DNA of 46,904 nucleotides from Trichomonas gallinae (Eukaryota): NCBI GenBank assembly GCA_008369845.1, contig MRSU01009144.1, positions 1 to 46,904 of the forward strand, read 5' to 3'. Shown piece by piece: positions 22,226 to 32,800 of this stretch (position 1 is its first letter; each line of letters starts with the position of its first letter). The notes under the pieces were generated by a model. It saw only the letters and a program-made list of their open reading frames with translations, ran no database searches and was not told where the DNA came from. The position numbers and the translations under genes were made by a program.

Positions 22226-25200
22226 ATGAGGTGTGGAGCAACATCTACTATAGTTGGGGGCATTTTAAGCCTAAATTCAGCTATAGTTGACTCAAACATA
22301 CCCTCAGACCCAATATTAGACCAACTTCTTGATGGAATCAAATTTCCGATTTTCGATAAACAAGATATATCGAAAATAGTAGCGAAAATCAATGATGGTT
22401 TACAAGCATATTATGCACTTGATGCAATTCATTATAAATTTCCGCGTAATAAAGATCTAATTGAAAAAATATTGTCAATTAATTTTAAAAAGGCGAATTA
22501 TCCAAATATAATAACAGCAATGATCTTAAATATCTTTTTATCATGGATTGCAGCTTATGAAAGACATGGTAATTGCGAAAATCTCGGGAACATGTTGAAT
22601 TTACTTGAAAAAACATTTAATTCGGAGTACTCTAACTTAGGATCATTATGCTTCTCTTTATGCATACGAATTATATTAGATGAACGACAAATAACCCTTA
22701 TCTACGAAAATTCTGCTTCTTTATTCACTTTTATCAACATATTCCCACAAAATGCTTTAATAATCAATATAATACACGCTATAGTAAAAGAAAATACAGA
22801 TTTTAAGAAGGCTTTCTTTGATAATTTTCTATTCACAATTATCGATGTTCATAAAAGAAACCAACATTTATTTAATTCAGATGAACTAAGCATACTTATG
22901 GAGATATTTACAGTTTTCACAAAGTGTTTCTCATATTCAGTTTTTTCATTTTTAGATTTTTACCAAAACCACATTGAGTCTCAGTTAATGCGCAAATTTC
23001 TTGATACAATAGGGGCAAATATATTCAATATACTACAAAAAACAGAACCTTTTAAAATTCCAGAAATGAAATTTGAACCAACGAAGTTTCAGTTCAAGCC
23101 ATTTAGTACAATCAGTTATAAATTCCAATGTAATCAAACATTTGCTGATGGATTTTCTTTAGAACAATCCATTGTTATTGAAAATTGCGTTGATACAATT
23201 AATTTGTTTTCGATGGAAATACAAACATTGATTTTATCTATTAAGAGATTTGTAAGGAAAAGCGATGTTTTGATTAGACCAACGACACTTTCATTCATTC
23301 CATATTTATCACCAACATTTAAATTCGGGCATTTCTATAATTTACTAGCAGTGTTGCTAATGATATGCAGCGAGTATAATAATTTACCAACAGCAGCAGA
23401 TGTTTACCTTGCATTGATTTCATCGAATTTATTCAACAACAATATCTCGATATTTAACTGTGAAGGAGACTTTAGACTTACAAATCTATTAAGAAATGTA
23501 GCTTTGGAGTGTATAATTGGAAGCGGTGAAAAATTTTTATATAGTTTGCTTATAACACTGGCAAACTCACCACTTATACTTGCAGAGACTTTCTATAGAC
23601 TTTCCAATAAGATACAGCTAGTTATTAAAATGATTGGAGAAGAATCTGAACTTCCAAAATTATTCTCTCAAATTGGAGGCTTCTATCAATCATTAGATTG
23701 TCCAGAAAACAAACAACACATACAAGTAATAGAAATAGCCAGAAAAGCATTTTTCATTTTTTTCAAACATTTAATGAGCGATGCAAGGATTCTTGAGATA
23801 TTTTTCCAAGACAAAACGTTCATCCAATCACTTTTTGCGTACTTATTTGAAGAGAGTTTGCAAAGTTACGTTTTAGATATTTTATCATCTTATATTCAAA
23901 TTGCAAAGTCAGCAGAATTCATTTCCCCACTTCAAAGTATCGTTGCTTTGGCCATTTCACAACTTCCTGAGCAAAAACATTCAGACATGCTGATGAAAAT
24001 CATGAAAGTTCTTAATGATAATTTAGCCGTGAGAAGAAACATATGTATTGTTTTCTCTCCTTTTTGCCAGAGCATCACACAAGTTATGATGAGATCAGAT
24101 GTAGCCATAGATTTATTTGAAATATGTGCGGCTTTCCTAGCAATCATGTATCCTTTCTATCAGTTCAATTTTTCATTGAATGTCAAAACAAATTCGATTG
24201 TTGAAAAAAGTGATGAGTATTTATCTGTTTTATTCACAAGGATGATACAATTATTAGCAGGTGACATTGTATCAGCCATATACCCAGCATTTATCGTCAA
24301 ACAGCCAGTTGCCTTGAAGTTGATGATTTTCGTTTTCTACAAAACTCCAAAGATCAATGAAGTTTCATCTTTTATTCTTGATCTTTGCAAATTTTCTCCT
24401 GTTAACATCCAGTTATTCGCTTCTGTTGATGTAACAGGTTTCCTAGTTGATCTTCTCGAACAAGAGAAGAAGAACCCAGTTTTAGATGAAGAAACAATTG
24501 GAATCTTTTTGAATATATACGGAATGATATCTATTTTGTCTTCAAACGCAGTTTCAGCAATGAAATTCATTTCACTTTTGACACCAACAGAAGGAAACAA
24601 GGATTTGAAACACCAAGTGAAATACTATGATACATTAAACTACATCGCAACGTGCTCACTGAATGAACCAAAATCATCTTTGATGCTGAATGGAACAACA
24701 TTAGAATTCCCAATGAAAAGTGACTTTATAACAAAAACAGGTTTTTCTATAACATGCTGGATCTATGTAGTTCAAAATGATAACGCGTATAAAGTCAATC
24801 TTTGGAACATAATTGACAGTTATGATGAGATTGGGTTGTTCATTCAGGGAACTTCTGTCTATTTCCATCAGTCAAACGGTTTTTTCGACACCCAAGGAAA
24901 AGTCGCGATGGATTTAAAGACAAATATGTGGCACTTCCTTTCCATTACTTACGCTTATGATGATCAAGGAACAGTTATTTATCTTGCTGTTGATCAGACT
25001 GATTTTGATTCACTGAGAGTCACAACACTCGATTTTTCAACAAATTGGGCAAATCCGAAGTTGCATTTAGGCGGACAACCCACAATTTCAGTTCAATGTC
25101 CACATAGAATTGCTGGATGCGGCCTTTTCAAGTCCCTTTCACCAGCTGAAAGATCAAACATATTCGATCTTGGAGTGAACACTTTAACTTGTCCATATAA

Positions 25201-28200
25201 CCCAATAATTTATGTTGCAGATTTCAACGACAAACACAAGAAAATAGGCTTCGTTGATATAATCGTTGAAAGATGCGGTGTTGCTAGTTTATTACCTTTA
25301 TTTTCATCTAGTGCTTACAAATATTCAGTGGACATGAATTTCACATGGTTATTCGATTCAGCATTGACATTGTTAACGAATATTATACAATATTCAACTG
25401 AAAGTCAAATTTCTTTTTATCACGCTCATGGTTTTCATATTTTATATCATTTATTATCTCAAAACTGGCTGAACAAATTTTCTCTGAAGACATACAACCA
25501 GTTAGTTCTGAAATTATCTTTATTAAGGGTAGATATGTTACAACAACAATTATTTGATTGTATTCTTGCAAATGTCAGATTTTTGATGAGATTACCACCA
25601 GATTTACACTTAAAAATACTACAAGTTTGGTCTGGAAATCTATTCCCAAACAACTCAATAATATCGAGAAACTTGCTTCCTGTATCAGATCTATTGGATA
25701 TTTTGAGAATTTATTATTATATCGATGACGATCCAAATGAACCGAAAGATAAGAAAATAAAGAGAGATCCAAAGCTTCAAATTAAAAAATGCAGAAGCAA
25801 TATCATACAAATCATTTGCCACTACATGACCGATTATTTGTATGACACTGATTTCTATGCGATTGCAAATTTCGTTGCTTCTTGCAAAGTGAAATCACAA
25901 GTTTACGAAATAACAAATTTGTTGTTACAGTTAATTACTGAATCTCCTTTATCCATCAAATTTTCATTAGAAACTCAGGCATTTATCTATTTCATCCATA
26001 ACATGCTTTTCTTTAACAAGAAGAATTTGATATATATTGCAATGAGCATAATTGTTGCTGCGAAAAATGCGAAATTGATTTCAAAAAGTTTCTTCTACAA
26101 AGTTCAACTCGCAATTATGTTAAATTATCCTCAGTTCCTTTCCATGAAGAAGTTTTACACTATAATAATGGAGATAACGAATCTGGATCCAGGCTTTCTC
26201 CCATTGTGCATTTTCGCTGCTCATGATTTGAAAGATTTTACAATTTTGCAAAAATTAACAAATTTGATTCAAATTGATGACAATTTCATCACTTTCTGGC
26301 CATTTTTAGTACTAAGCCAGGATAATTCTGCTCAAATTGCTGAAATCGCTGACTTGTATATAAGACAAAACAAAAAGAGATTCAGGAAATCAATAATGAT
26401 GATGAACTCTGCTTTGTCGCCTTTCCAAGATTTCCTCGATGAAGTCAAAAGAACAATTTACTTATGTTATCAGTCGAATTACGACATGACGAGTGAAGAG
26501 GCAGAAGAATACATTATCACTGCTTGTCAAGATATCTTTTATTCAACATATAATCCATTTGAAAAACAAGAACACAAAAACTTTTCTTTTGATGCATTTT
26601 TATCGCCAAGGAAGAAACAAGAACAAAGATTTGGCATGAAATTCGGCGAAGATGGAAAATGGAAACACATGGATCTTGCAATAAACTGTTTATCAGTTTT
26701 CGAGAAATTCAACTGTAGAAAAGTTTTGCCTCTTGATTTACTTATATGTGCATTCGTTTTGAGAACTGATCCACATATGATTAAAGTACATCTACAAGGA
26801 TTGGAGATAACTGATAAAGAATACACAAAATATCATGATTTCATTGACTTGATTTCTTATCATGCTTTAGTCATGAACATATCATTAGGTCCTATGTTTA
26901 CGCCATGTAGAGTCACGCAAGAATCATATCAAAGAATAATTGATCAAGTTTGCCAGTTTTTCGTTATTGAAATAGAAGAAGATGATGAATATGATTTTTA
27001 CGAAATGATGAGTTCCACAATGAAGTTAATAATCAATGTTGACAGATCAATATATAAACACGATATAACAATTTTAAGCAGATATGATTCCATCGATGAA
27101 ACAGGCAGTAAAATGTGGGTAAAGTTATGGAATGAATTATCAGTAGAAAGAGGACCATGGGCTCCATCAGCAACATCTCTAGGAGAGTTCGAAACAGATC
27201 CAACAATTTGTTATGGATTCCTCCCAGCTAAAACAAGAAGGAAACAAATCGCAAATAATTTAGACGAAACAAATGAAACAGAAAAACTTCCAATACTTAT
27301 TGAACTTGAATGCAATTTATTATCGAACTCAAAGCCTGTTAGATTGAAAGTGTCAACAAAGCATATTATAATTGGCGACAAAATTATACCAATTAGAGAA
27401 ATTTCTCATATAATTTCGACAAATAATTTTATTTCCAAATTGTATATTTTGACATATGATGGAGAGTTACATTCTGTTTTCATCTATGATTCATTATCTA
27501 ATTTAATACAAAGAATCATGAAAATAGACAATAAATTTATCAAGAGCATCACTTTCACTTCTCCAGCTAAGATGCCTTTGATCATTAAATGGGGCAATGG
27601 CGAAATTTCAACATTCACTTTGGTCTCTTATTTGAACTTTTGCGTTGGAAGATCGATCATTGATCCAGAGTCACAACCATTATTCCCTCAGTTGCCTCTA
27701 TTTACAGAATCAGGACCAGTTGATCCATACATCAAAGGAGACATCGCAGAAATTTCTAAGAACAGGAGACTTTTGGAAATCAACTCTGATACAGTTACTA
27801 AATGGGCAATTTCAACATTTAATATTGATCTCCCACAAAGATTTTTCGATCCACCTCAGATAGAAAACAGAAAAATTGATTTGCAAGTTTCAAAGATGGT
27901 TTCTGTAACAATAGCTAATTTGTCTTCAGCAAATCCAATAGTTCACGTTTTAAGCAAAGATGGGAACATTGCACATGTTCCTGCTTTCGGGCGTATTCCT
28001 GATAACAGTACATATACTAAAACAAGATTAAGCTCAGTTAAAAGCGCTTTTGCGATAGGCAAGAAGTTTTATATTATGCAAAGCTCAGGAGATGTTATTG
28101 TTACAAATGCTGTATCAGGAAACACAGTAACAATAGAAACAGGTTTTCCATTAATAACGAATTATTCCGCAGATCAGCATCTTTTGGCTGTATGTGGAAA

Positions 28201-28747
28201 TGACAACGTTGTTGATGTTTTCGGCGTCAATGGAAACCAGTTAAGCCATATCAACATGTTTGGAGATTCTCCAACATGCATTTTCGTGAGTGCTGTTTTC
28301 CATGCTGTTGTTTGCGGAACAGATGAAGGAATCATTTTAGTATATTCAGCAAACGATGGAAAACTTTCACATTATGTGCAGCTTGATTTCCCAGCAATTG
28401 ATGTTTGTGTTTCTCCATCATTGGGTGTTATTATTGCTCAACTTAATGATACATCAACTGAAAAGCATAAATTAATATTCATGACAATTGATTGTAAGAT
28501 TTATGGCTCATTGAATTTAAACAAATTCACAAAGATGATTTGCTACACAACAAGCAAAGGTGATGATTGCATTGCAGTATTCCATGCTGATTATGGCTGG
28601 CTCACAATCATCAATGTCGCCTCGCTGAAAATTAGAACAATAACAACAGATATCATTTCGAATGTTTTATGCATGAGCTACAACAAATTACTCAATATTT
28701 TACTAGTTATCACTGAAGATGGATTCCTCAGATCATTCAAAGTTTAA
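22226..28747 (+). CDS. Neurobeachin/LYST-like BEACH-family protein (ARM, ConA/LamG-like, PH, shortened BEACH, WD40)
   Basis: 2173-aa ORF with GFSITCWIY and MWHFLSITY (ConA-like), WVKLWNELSVERGPW, the BEACH-start motif KWGNGEISTFTLVSYLNFCVGRSIIDPESQPLFP, and C-terminal beta-propeller-like repeats. Confidence 0.75.
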   Translation: MRCGATSTIVGGILSLNSAIVDSNIPSDPILDQLLDGIKFPIFDKQDISKIVAKINDGLQAYYALDAIHYKFPRNKDLIEKILSINFKKANYPNIITAMILNIFLSWIAAYERHGNCENLGNMLNLLEKTFNSEYSNLGSLCFSLCIRIILDERQITLIYENSASLFTFINIFPQNALIINIIHAIVKENTDFKKAFFDNFLFTIIDVHKRNQHLFNSDELSILMEIFTVFTKCFSYSVFSFLDFYQNHIESQLMRKFLDTIGANIFNILQKTEPFKIPEMKFEPTKFQFKPFSTISYKFQCNQTFADGFSLEQSIVIENCVDTINLFSMEIQTLILSIKRFVRKSDVLIRPTTLSFIPYLSPTFKFGHFYNLLAVLLMICSEYNNLPTAADVYLALISSNLFNNNISIFNCEGDFRLTNLLRNVALECIIGSGEKFLYSLLITLANSPLILAETFYRLSNKIQLVIKMIGEESELPKLFSQIGGFYQSLDCPENKQHIQVIEIARKAFFIFFKHLMSDARILEIFFQDKTFIQSLFAYLFEESLQSYVLDILSSYIQIAKSAEFISPLQSIVALAISQLPEQKHSDMLMKIMKVLNDNLAVRRNICIVFSPFCQSITQVMMRSDVAIDLFEICAAFLAIMYPFYQFNFSLNVKTNSIVEKSDEYLSVLFTRMIQLLAGDIVSAIYPAFIVKQPVALKLMIFVFYKTPKINEVSSFILDLCKFSPVNIQLFASVDVTGFLVDLLEQEKKNPVLDEETIGIFLNIYGMISILSSNAVSAMKFISLLTPTEGNKDLKHQVKYYDTLNYIATCSLNEPKSSLMLNGTTLEFPMKSDFITKTGFSITCWIYVVQNDNAYKVNLWNIIDSYDEIGLFIQGTSVYFHQSNGFFDTQGKVAMDLKTNMWHFLSITYAYDDQGTVIYLAVDQTDFDSLRVTTLDFSTNWANPKLHLGGQPTISVQCPHRIAGCGLFKSLSPAERSNIFDLGVNTLTCPYNPIIYVADFNDKHKKIGFVDIIVERCGVASLLPLFSSSAYKYSVDMNFTWLFDSALTLLTNIIQYSTESQISFYHAHGFHILYHLLSQNWLNKFSLKTYNQLVLKLSLLRVDMLQQQLFDCILANVRFLMRLPPDLHLKILQVWSGNLFPNNSIISRNLLPVSDLLDILRIYYYIDDDPNEPKDKKIKRDPKLQIKKCRSNIIQIICHYMTDYLYDTDFYAIANFVASCKVKSQVYEITNLLLQLITESPLSIKFSLETQAFIYFIHNMLFFNKKNLIYIAMSIIVAAKNAKLISKSFFYKVQLAIMLNYPQFLSMKKFYTIIMEITNLDPGFLPLCIFAAHDLKDFTILQKLTNLIQIDDNFITFWPFLVLSQDNSAQIAEIADLYIRQNKKRFRKSIMMMNSALSPFQDFLDEVKRTIYLCYQSNYDMTSEEAEEYIITACQDIFYSTYNPFEKQEHKNFSFDAFLSPRKKQEQRFGMKFGEDGKWKHMDLAINCLSVFEKFNCRKVLPLDLLICAFVLRTDPHMIKVHLQGLEITDKEYTKYHDFIDLISYHALVMNISLGPMFTPCRVTQESYQRIIDQVCQFFVIEIEEDDEYDFYEMMSSTMKLIINVDRSIYKHDITILSRYDSIDETGSKMWVKLWNELSVERGPWAPSATSLGEFETDPTICYGFLPAKTRRKQIANNLDETNETEKLPILIELECNLLSNSKPVRLKVSTKHIIIGDKIIPIREISHIISTNNFISKLYILTYDGELHSVFIYDSLSNLIQRIMKIDNKFIKSITFTSPAKMPLIIKWGNGEISTFTLVSYLNFCVGRSIIDPESQPLFPQLPLFTESGPVDPYIKGDIAEISKNRRLLEINSDTVTKWAISTFNIDLPQRFFDPPQIENRKIDLQVSKMVSVTIANLSSANPIVHVLSKDGNIAHVPAFGRIPDNSTYTKTRLSSVKSAFAIGKKFYIMQSSGDVIVTNAVSGNTVTIETGFPLITNYSADQHLLAVCGNDNVVDVFGVNGNQLSHINMFGDSPTCIFVSAVFHAVVCGTDEGIILVYSANDGKLSHYVQLDFPAIDVCVSPSLGVIIAQLNDTSTEKHKLIFMTIDCKIYGSLNLNKFTKMICYTTSKGDDCIAVFHADYGWLTIINVASLKIRTITTDIISNVLCMSYNKLLNILLVITEDGFLRSFKV

Positions 28748-28998
28748 CTTTGTTTATAATTATTATATATTTGTCTATGTATTTTTTATTTTTGTTTGTT
28801 AAAATTGACTTTAATGAGAACATATTTTTTTTTTTTTTTTCAAATATTGACAGCCTTCATTATTATATCGAATTATAAAACTGCTCTTTCAGTCTTTGTT
28901 CAATCTTACCTATTCTATAGATTGTTAAATTCCTGGTTGATCATTTTATCATTAAAACATAACATTACAATTGTTTATTCTAAACAAAAAATCATCTA

Positions 28999-29694
28999 TC
29001 ATTGCTCCTTTTCAAGTTCGTGTTGGAATTTCTTCAATTCTTCAATTTCTGGATCTTCTGATTTGATTTTAGAAGCAGATTCAAGAATCTTATCAGCAAG
29101 CTTACGTCTGGCATCAATATTTCTCTTTCTTGCTTCACAGATATAAACAATAATTGAAGACATCATCGCGGCAAATGTAATTTTGAATTTTCCTGACTCT
29201 TCCTTGTATTCATCATTTAATTCCTTTGATTTCTTCTTTAACTCACTTGTCTCCTTCTTGACATCTTTGAATTTCGCCATGTGTTGCTCCACTCGGATAT
29301 AGTCACCTTTTGATTTGGCACTTTTTATAATATCGCGTAACTTTTTTTCTTCTTCTTTTGATATTTCGTAGTCTTCATTTGCATTATCTGCTTTCTTCTT
29401 TAAAGTATTGATATCCTTTAACTGATTGATAAAGATTGTCATATCATGAGGTAAAGGCTCAATGCTTTTGTGCTCATCTTTATATGTATCGATTGTTTTC
29501 TGCCCATATATTCCAATTTCGTTGTATGGTTCTTGAAATTCTGTTGGAATAGAATTGACAAAATTAGAATATTTCTTTGAATACGCGATTTCTAGATTTT
29601 TAATGATCTTAGACTCAGAGGATACTAAGTCTTCTGTAGAAGTAATCATATCATGGTACTCTGTAAACGGTCTGAGCTTGTTTAATGTATGCAT
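28999..29694 (-). CDS. Coiled-coil protein, possibly BAR/Vps5-like
   Basis: 231-aa all-helical, K/E-rich ORF with a three-long-helix pattern. Confidence 0.6.
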   Translation of the reverse strand: MHTLNKLRPFTEYHDMITSTEDLVSSESKIIKNLEIAYSKKYSNFVNSIPTEFQEPYNEIGIYGQKTIDTYKDEHKSIEPLPHDMTIFINQLKDINTLKKKADNANEDYEISKEEEKKLRDIIKSAKSKGDYIRVEQHMAKFKDVKKETSELKKKSKELNDEYKEESGKFKITFAAMMSSIIVYICEARKRNIDARRKLADKILESASKIKSEDPEIEELKKFQHELEKEQ

Positions 29695-30314
29695 TTTGAT
29701 TTGAATTAATTTTTATCGTTGCTAGATTTTAGGAATTTGACGATGAGCATCCTCCAATTTTTTGTCATGACATTTTGATTTGTAAAGTGTCAAATATTCA
29801 AAATGTGAAAAATTCACAGCTTAATAAACATTTCTATTTTTCTATTTCTACACAATAGATTTAATCCATACTCCGAATATATCTATATCAGGTATATTAA
29901 GAACAAATAATAAAAAAATACAAAAATTCTTATTATAAATTTGTTGAATTATTAATGATTTTTGTGTGGGACAAAATTGTCAAATTTGTCATGTTTTAAT
30001 TTGATTCCCTTCAGAGCAAAATCATTTGATGAATATTTGTTCTCTAACTGCTTAATAAATTTGAGAATAATTGCAATTATGCAAATGGAATACGTTTGAG
30101 TTTTGTATTATTGTTATCAATCATTCTAATTTTCGGAATGTATAATTTGACAATTTACATGTCAAAAATTACATCATATCTTTTAGTAGTTGAATTTAAT
30201 TGTTATTCTATCTTATGGGATATCTGGATGTAAATTAACAAATTTTTGATAAAAATAGTTTAACTTTTATTGGTATCTCAAAATAATATTGAGAAATTTA
30301 GCACTTTTAATTAT

Positions 30315-31364
30315 TTAAATATCTTCTTCCCATGACTGTGACCATGTTGGTGATGTCTCTGTCTGGAAGACTGGAGCACCGTTAGATTCGTGGTGATGAT
30401 GGTGACGATGTTGGCGTTGTGGACGACGACGGCTGTGGACGCCTCTAGAGTTCTTCTTTGGCTTGCGTGTTGCCTTTAGGATCAATTCTTTGAGTTTCTC
30501 AAGTGTTTCCTCATCAAGTCCTGTTGGATCGTATGTAACTGTGTCTTCATCTTCATCGATTTCGACTGGGATTGTTGGACGAACTGGTTGTGGTGGGAAG
30601 ATCTGATCAATTGTAACTAATGGAAGTAATTTAACTGTTTCAAGGTTGCTGATTGCAGCTTGGCATTCCTCCTTTGTTGTGAGGCCATCAATACGACCAG
30701 ACTGATTCTCTATCTCGTCAGCGATGATGAGCTCCCAAATGTTGATGACTTCATCTGGAATCTTGGCAAGACCAAGAGCAACTGGGGCCATTGACATAGC
30801 AATCATTTCAGTTACCTGTGGGATGACAACCTTCTTAGCTGGATAATAGTTGATGTAGTTATGATATGTAATCTTTCCGAATTCGACCTTTGTTGTGTCA
30901 ACAATGTACCAGCTGTAAGACATGTTGCATTTAATTGTAGAAGAAACTGTTTTAATCTTTGCACCTTGTCTTCCATTTGATGCTAGGTAGGGTAAAATTA
31001 CGAAATATCTAATATTAAGCATTCTAGTTTCATTATTGTAAATAGCAGAGACAACAGAGTATGTTGAATCGCCGAGATTGTAAGAAACGTGGTTATTTAA
31101 TTTTTGAAAATCTTTACTAATAAAGTTTTGGTTGTCTTCTGATATGAATTTGTTATCAGCAGACCATCTCTTGAGGTTTTTATCCATAAAAGCAGAGACC
31201 ATCGTTGCTGGAATTGCTTGTTCGCTAATCGATGAGCAAGACCAGAACTCATAGAACTTGTTAATCGACTGATTGTTCATATGTGTCTGCGAGTAATTAG
31301 TAAGCAGCGCCTTCGCGTCAACAAGTGACTTGGTAAGGCCAGAAATCAAAGCGTAATAATTCAT
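30315..31364 (-). CDS. Uncharacterised family member B (Arg/His-rich tail)
   Basis: First ATG at 31364 (MNYYALISG). Motifs FYEFWSCS, YNLGDS, SAIYNNET and EMIAMSMAPVALGLAKIPDEVI; tail RRRPQRQHRHHHHH. Confidence 0.85.
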   Translation of the reverse strand: MNYYALISGLTKSLVDAKALLTNYSQTHMNNQSINKFYEFWSCSSISEQAIPATMVSAFMDKNLKRWSADNKFISEDNQNFISKDFQKLNNHVSYNLGDSTYSVVSAIYNNETRMLNIRYFVILPYLASNGRQGAKIKTVSSTIKCNMSYSWYIVDTTKVEFGKITYHNYINYYPAKKVVIPQVTEMIAMSMAPVALGLAKIPDEVINIWELIIADEIENQSGRIDGLTTKEECQAAISNLETVKLLPLVTIDQIFPPQPVRPTIPVEIDEDEDTVTYDPTGLDEETLEKLKELILKATRKPKKNSRGVHSRRRPQRQHRHHHHHESNGAPVFQTETSPTWSQSWEEDI

Positions 31365-31990
31365 TAGTGGAAATGTTGGCAAATTGACAAAAATTTGACA
31401 AAAAAATCGTTTTTCTTCGAATTTTATGTTATATCATAAATGAATGCAATGAAAAATTTGAATTTCCTCTGTTTACATAAGTCAGCTCCTCATTTTTAAA
31501 AATATCTTATAAGGTTAATTTTGGCTAGAGTTAACCACAAGTAAAAATTCTTATTCATACTAGATTACATAATCTAAACATGATATCAAAATCTTTTCTC
31601 ATATATAACAATCGACAATATAGCATGATTGTAGAAATTGACAGTAACTGACTTTGAAACTTGCAAAATGAGAAGTGTCACCCTTTTGCAATATTTAGGT
31701 AGTCCAGAGTTGATGACATCTTCTATTCGAATCGAATTTGAGGGGAATTTGACATGTTGCTAAAATGACAAATTTACTTGCAAAATAGGTGATTTTGTCA
31801 CATTGTCAAATTGGGTCTTTTTGCTTCTATTAATCCCATGAATTCTAAAGTAGATTGGCTCAGAATGTTTCCATGTTTATCATCATAATCTAAAGTTGAA
31901 GTTTGGAACAGATAATATTTACTGCAAATCGATTGATTGTTAAAAGTGAAGGTTGAAGGCAACAATAAAAGTGACATTATAATATTGTAA

Positions 31991-32611
31991 ATTCCTGTTA
32001 TTTTGCATGCTCCTTATTCAAGGGATGCAAAAGCAGGAGTTTTCACAAAAATTCGTGCAAACCGTATTCCCGGACTTAGTATCAAAGATGTTGCAATTTC
32101 AAAAGTATCAACTTTATTAGAAGGAACTAATGATCAGTATGCTTCAATTGGATATGATGGCCAAAGGCTCCATACTGACCTTAATACCACATATAATTAC
32201 CTTAAATTAAATCTAGCAGGATATTTTATTAAAGCTACCCATATAATTGCAAGATCATATCGATTTAATTATCCAGTTTCATTCAACTTATCTGCGAAAA
32301 CAATTAAAATGAATCATAAATTAATTGCTGATCGGATAAATGCTTCTGATTTTGAAGGCGGTGCATATGCTGTCTTCCCTCTTGATGCACCAACGAATAT
32401 AATATCAACGAAATTCCAACTCACTGGGACTCGTGTAAGTACTGATGGATCTAATAAAAATGATTGGGCTCTTGAGTTACATTTTTTTGATATTTTTGGA
32501 ACCTTGTATGAAATGAGCGATAAAATAATAATTCCTAGCCAATGTGAAAAATGCTTGGAAGGCCAAAAATATTTATATCTCGTGGTATTCATATTAGATC
32601 CAACTTCTTAA
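31991..32611 (+). pseudogene. F5/8 type C (galactose-binding-like) domain gene lacking an ATG start
   Basis: The frame opens after TAA 31988-31990 (IPVILHAPYSRD..) and has no in-frame ATG until MNHK near 32309. YLKLNL..FIKATH, KFQLTG and LELHFFDIFGTL, plus a short Cys/hydrophobic C-terminus, resemble trichomonad F5/8-like proteins. Confidence 0.5.
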
Positions 32612-32800
32612 AGAATTGAATCTAATATGCTTTTCCCCACAAGATGTATCATTAGCTTGATGATTAATTAAAATGTACATCGTTAATTTAATGTATATTT
32701 TGAGAATCATGATGTTTTAATACGGTAATATTTTTTTATCATCTAAATATATAAATAATAAGATTATCATTAATTACAAAACAATACAAACAAAATTTTA

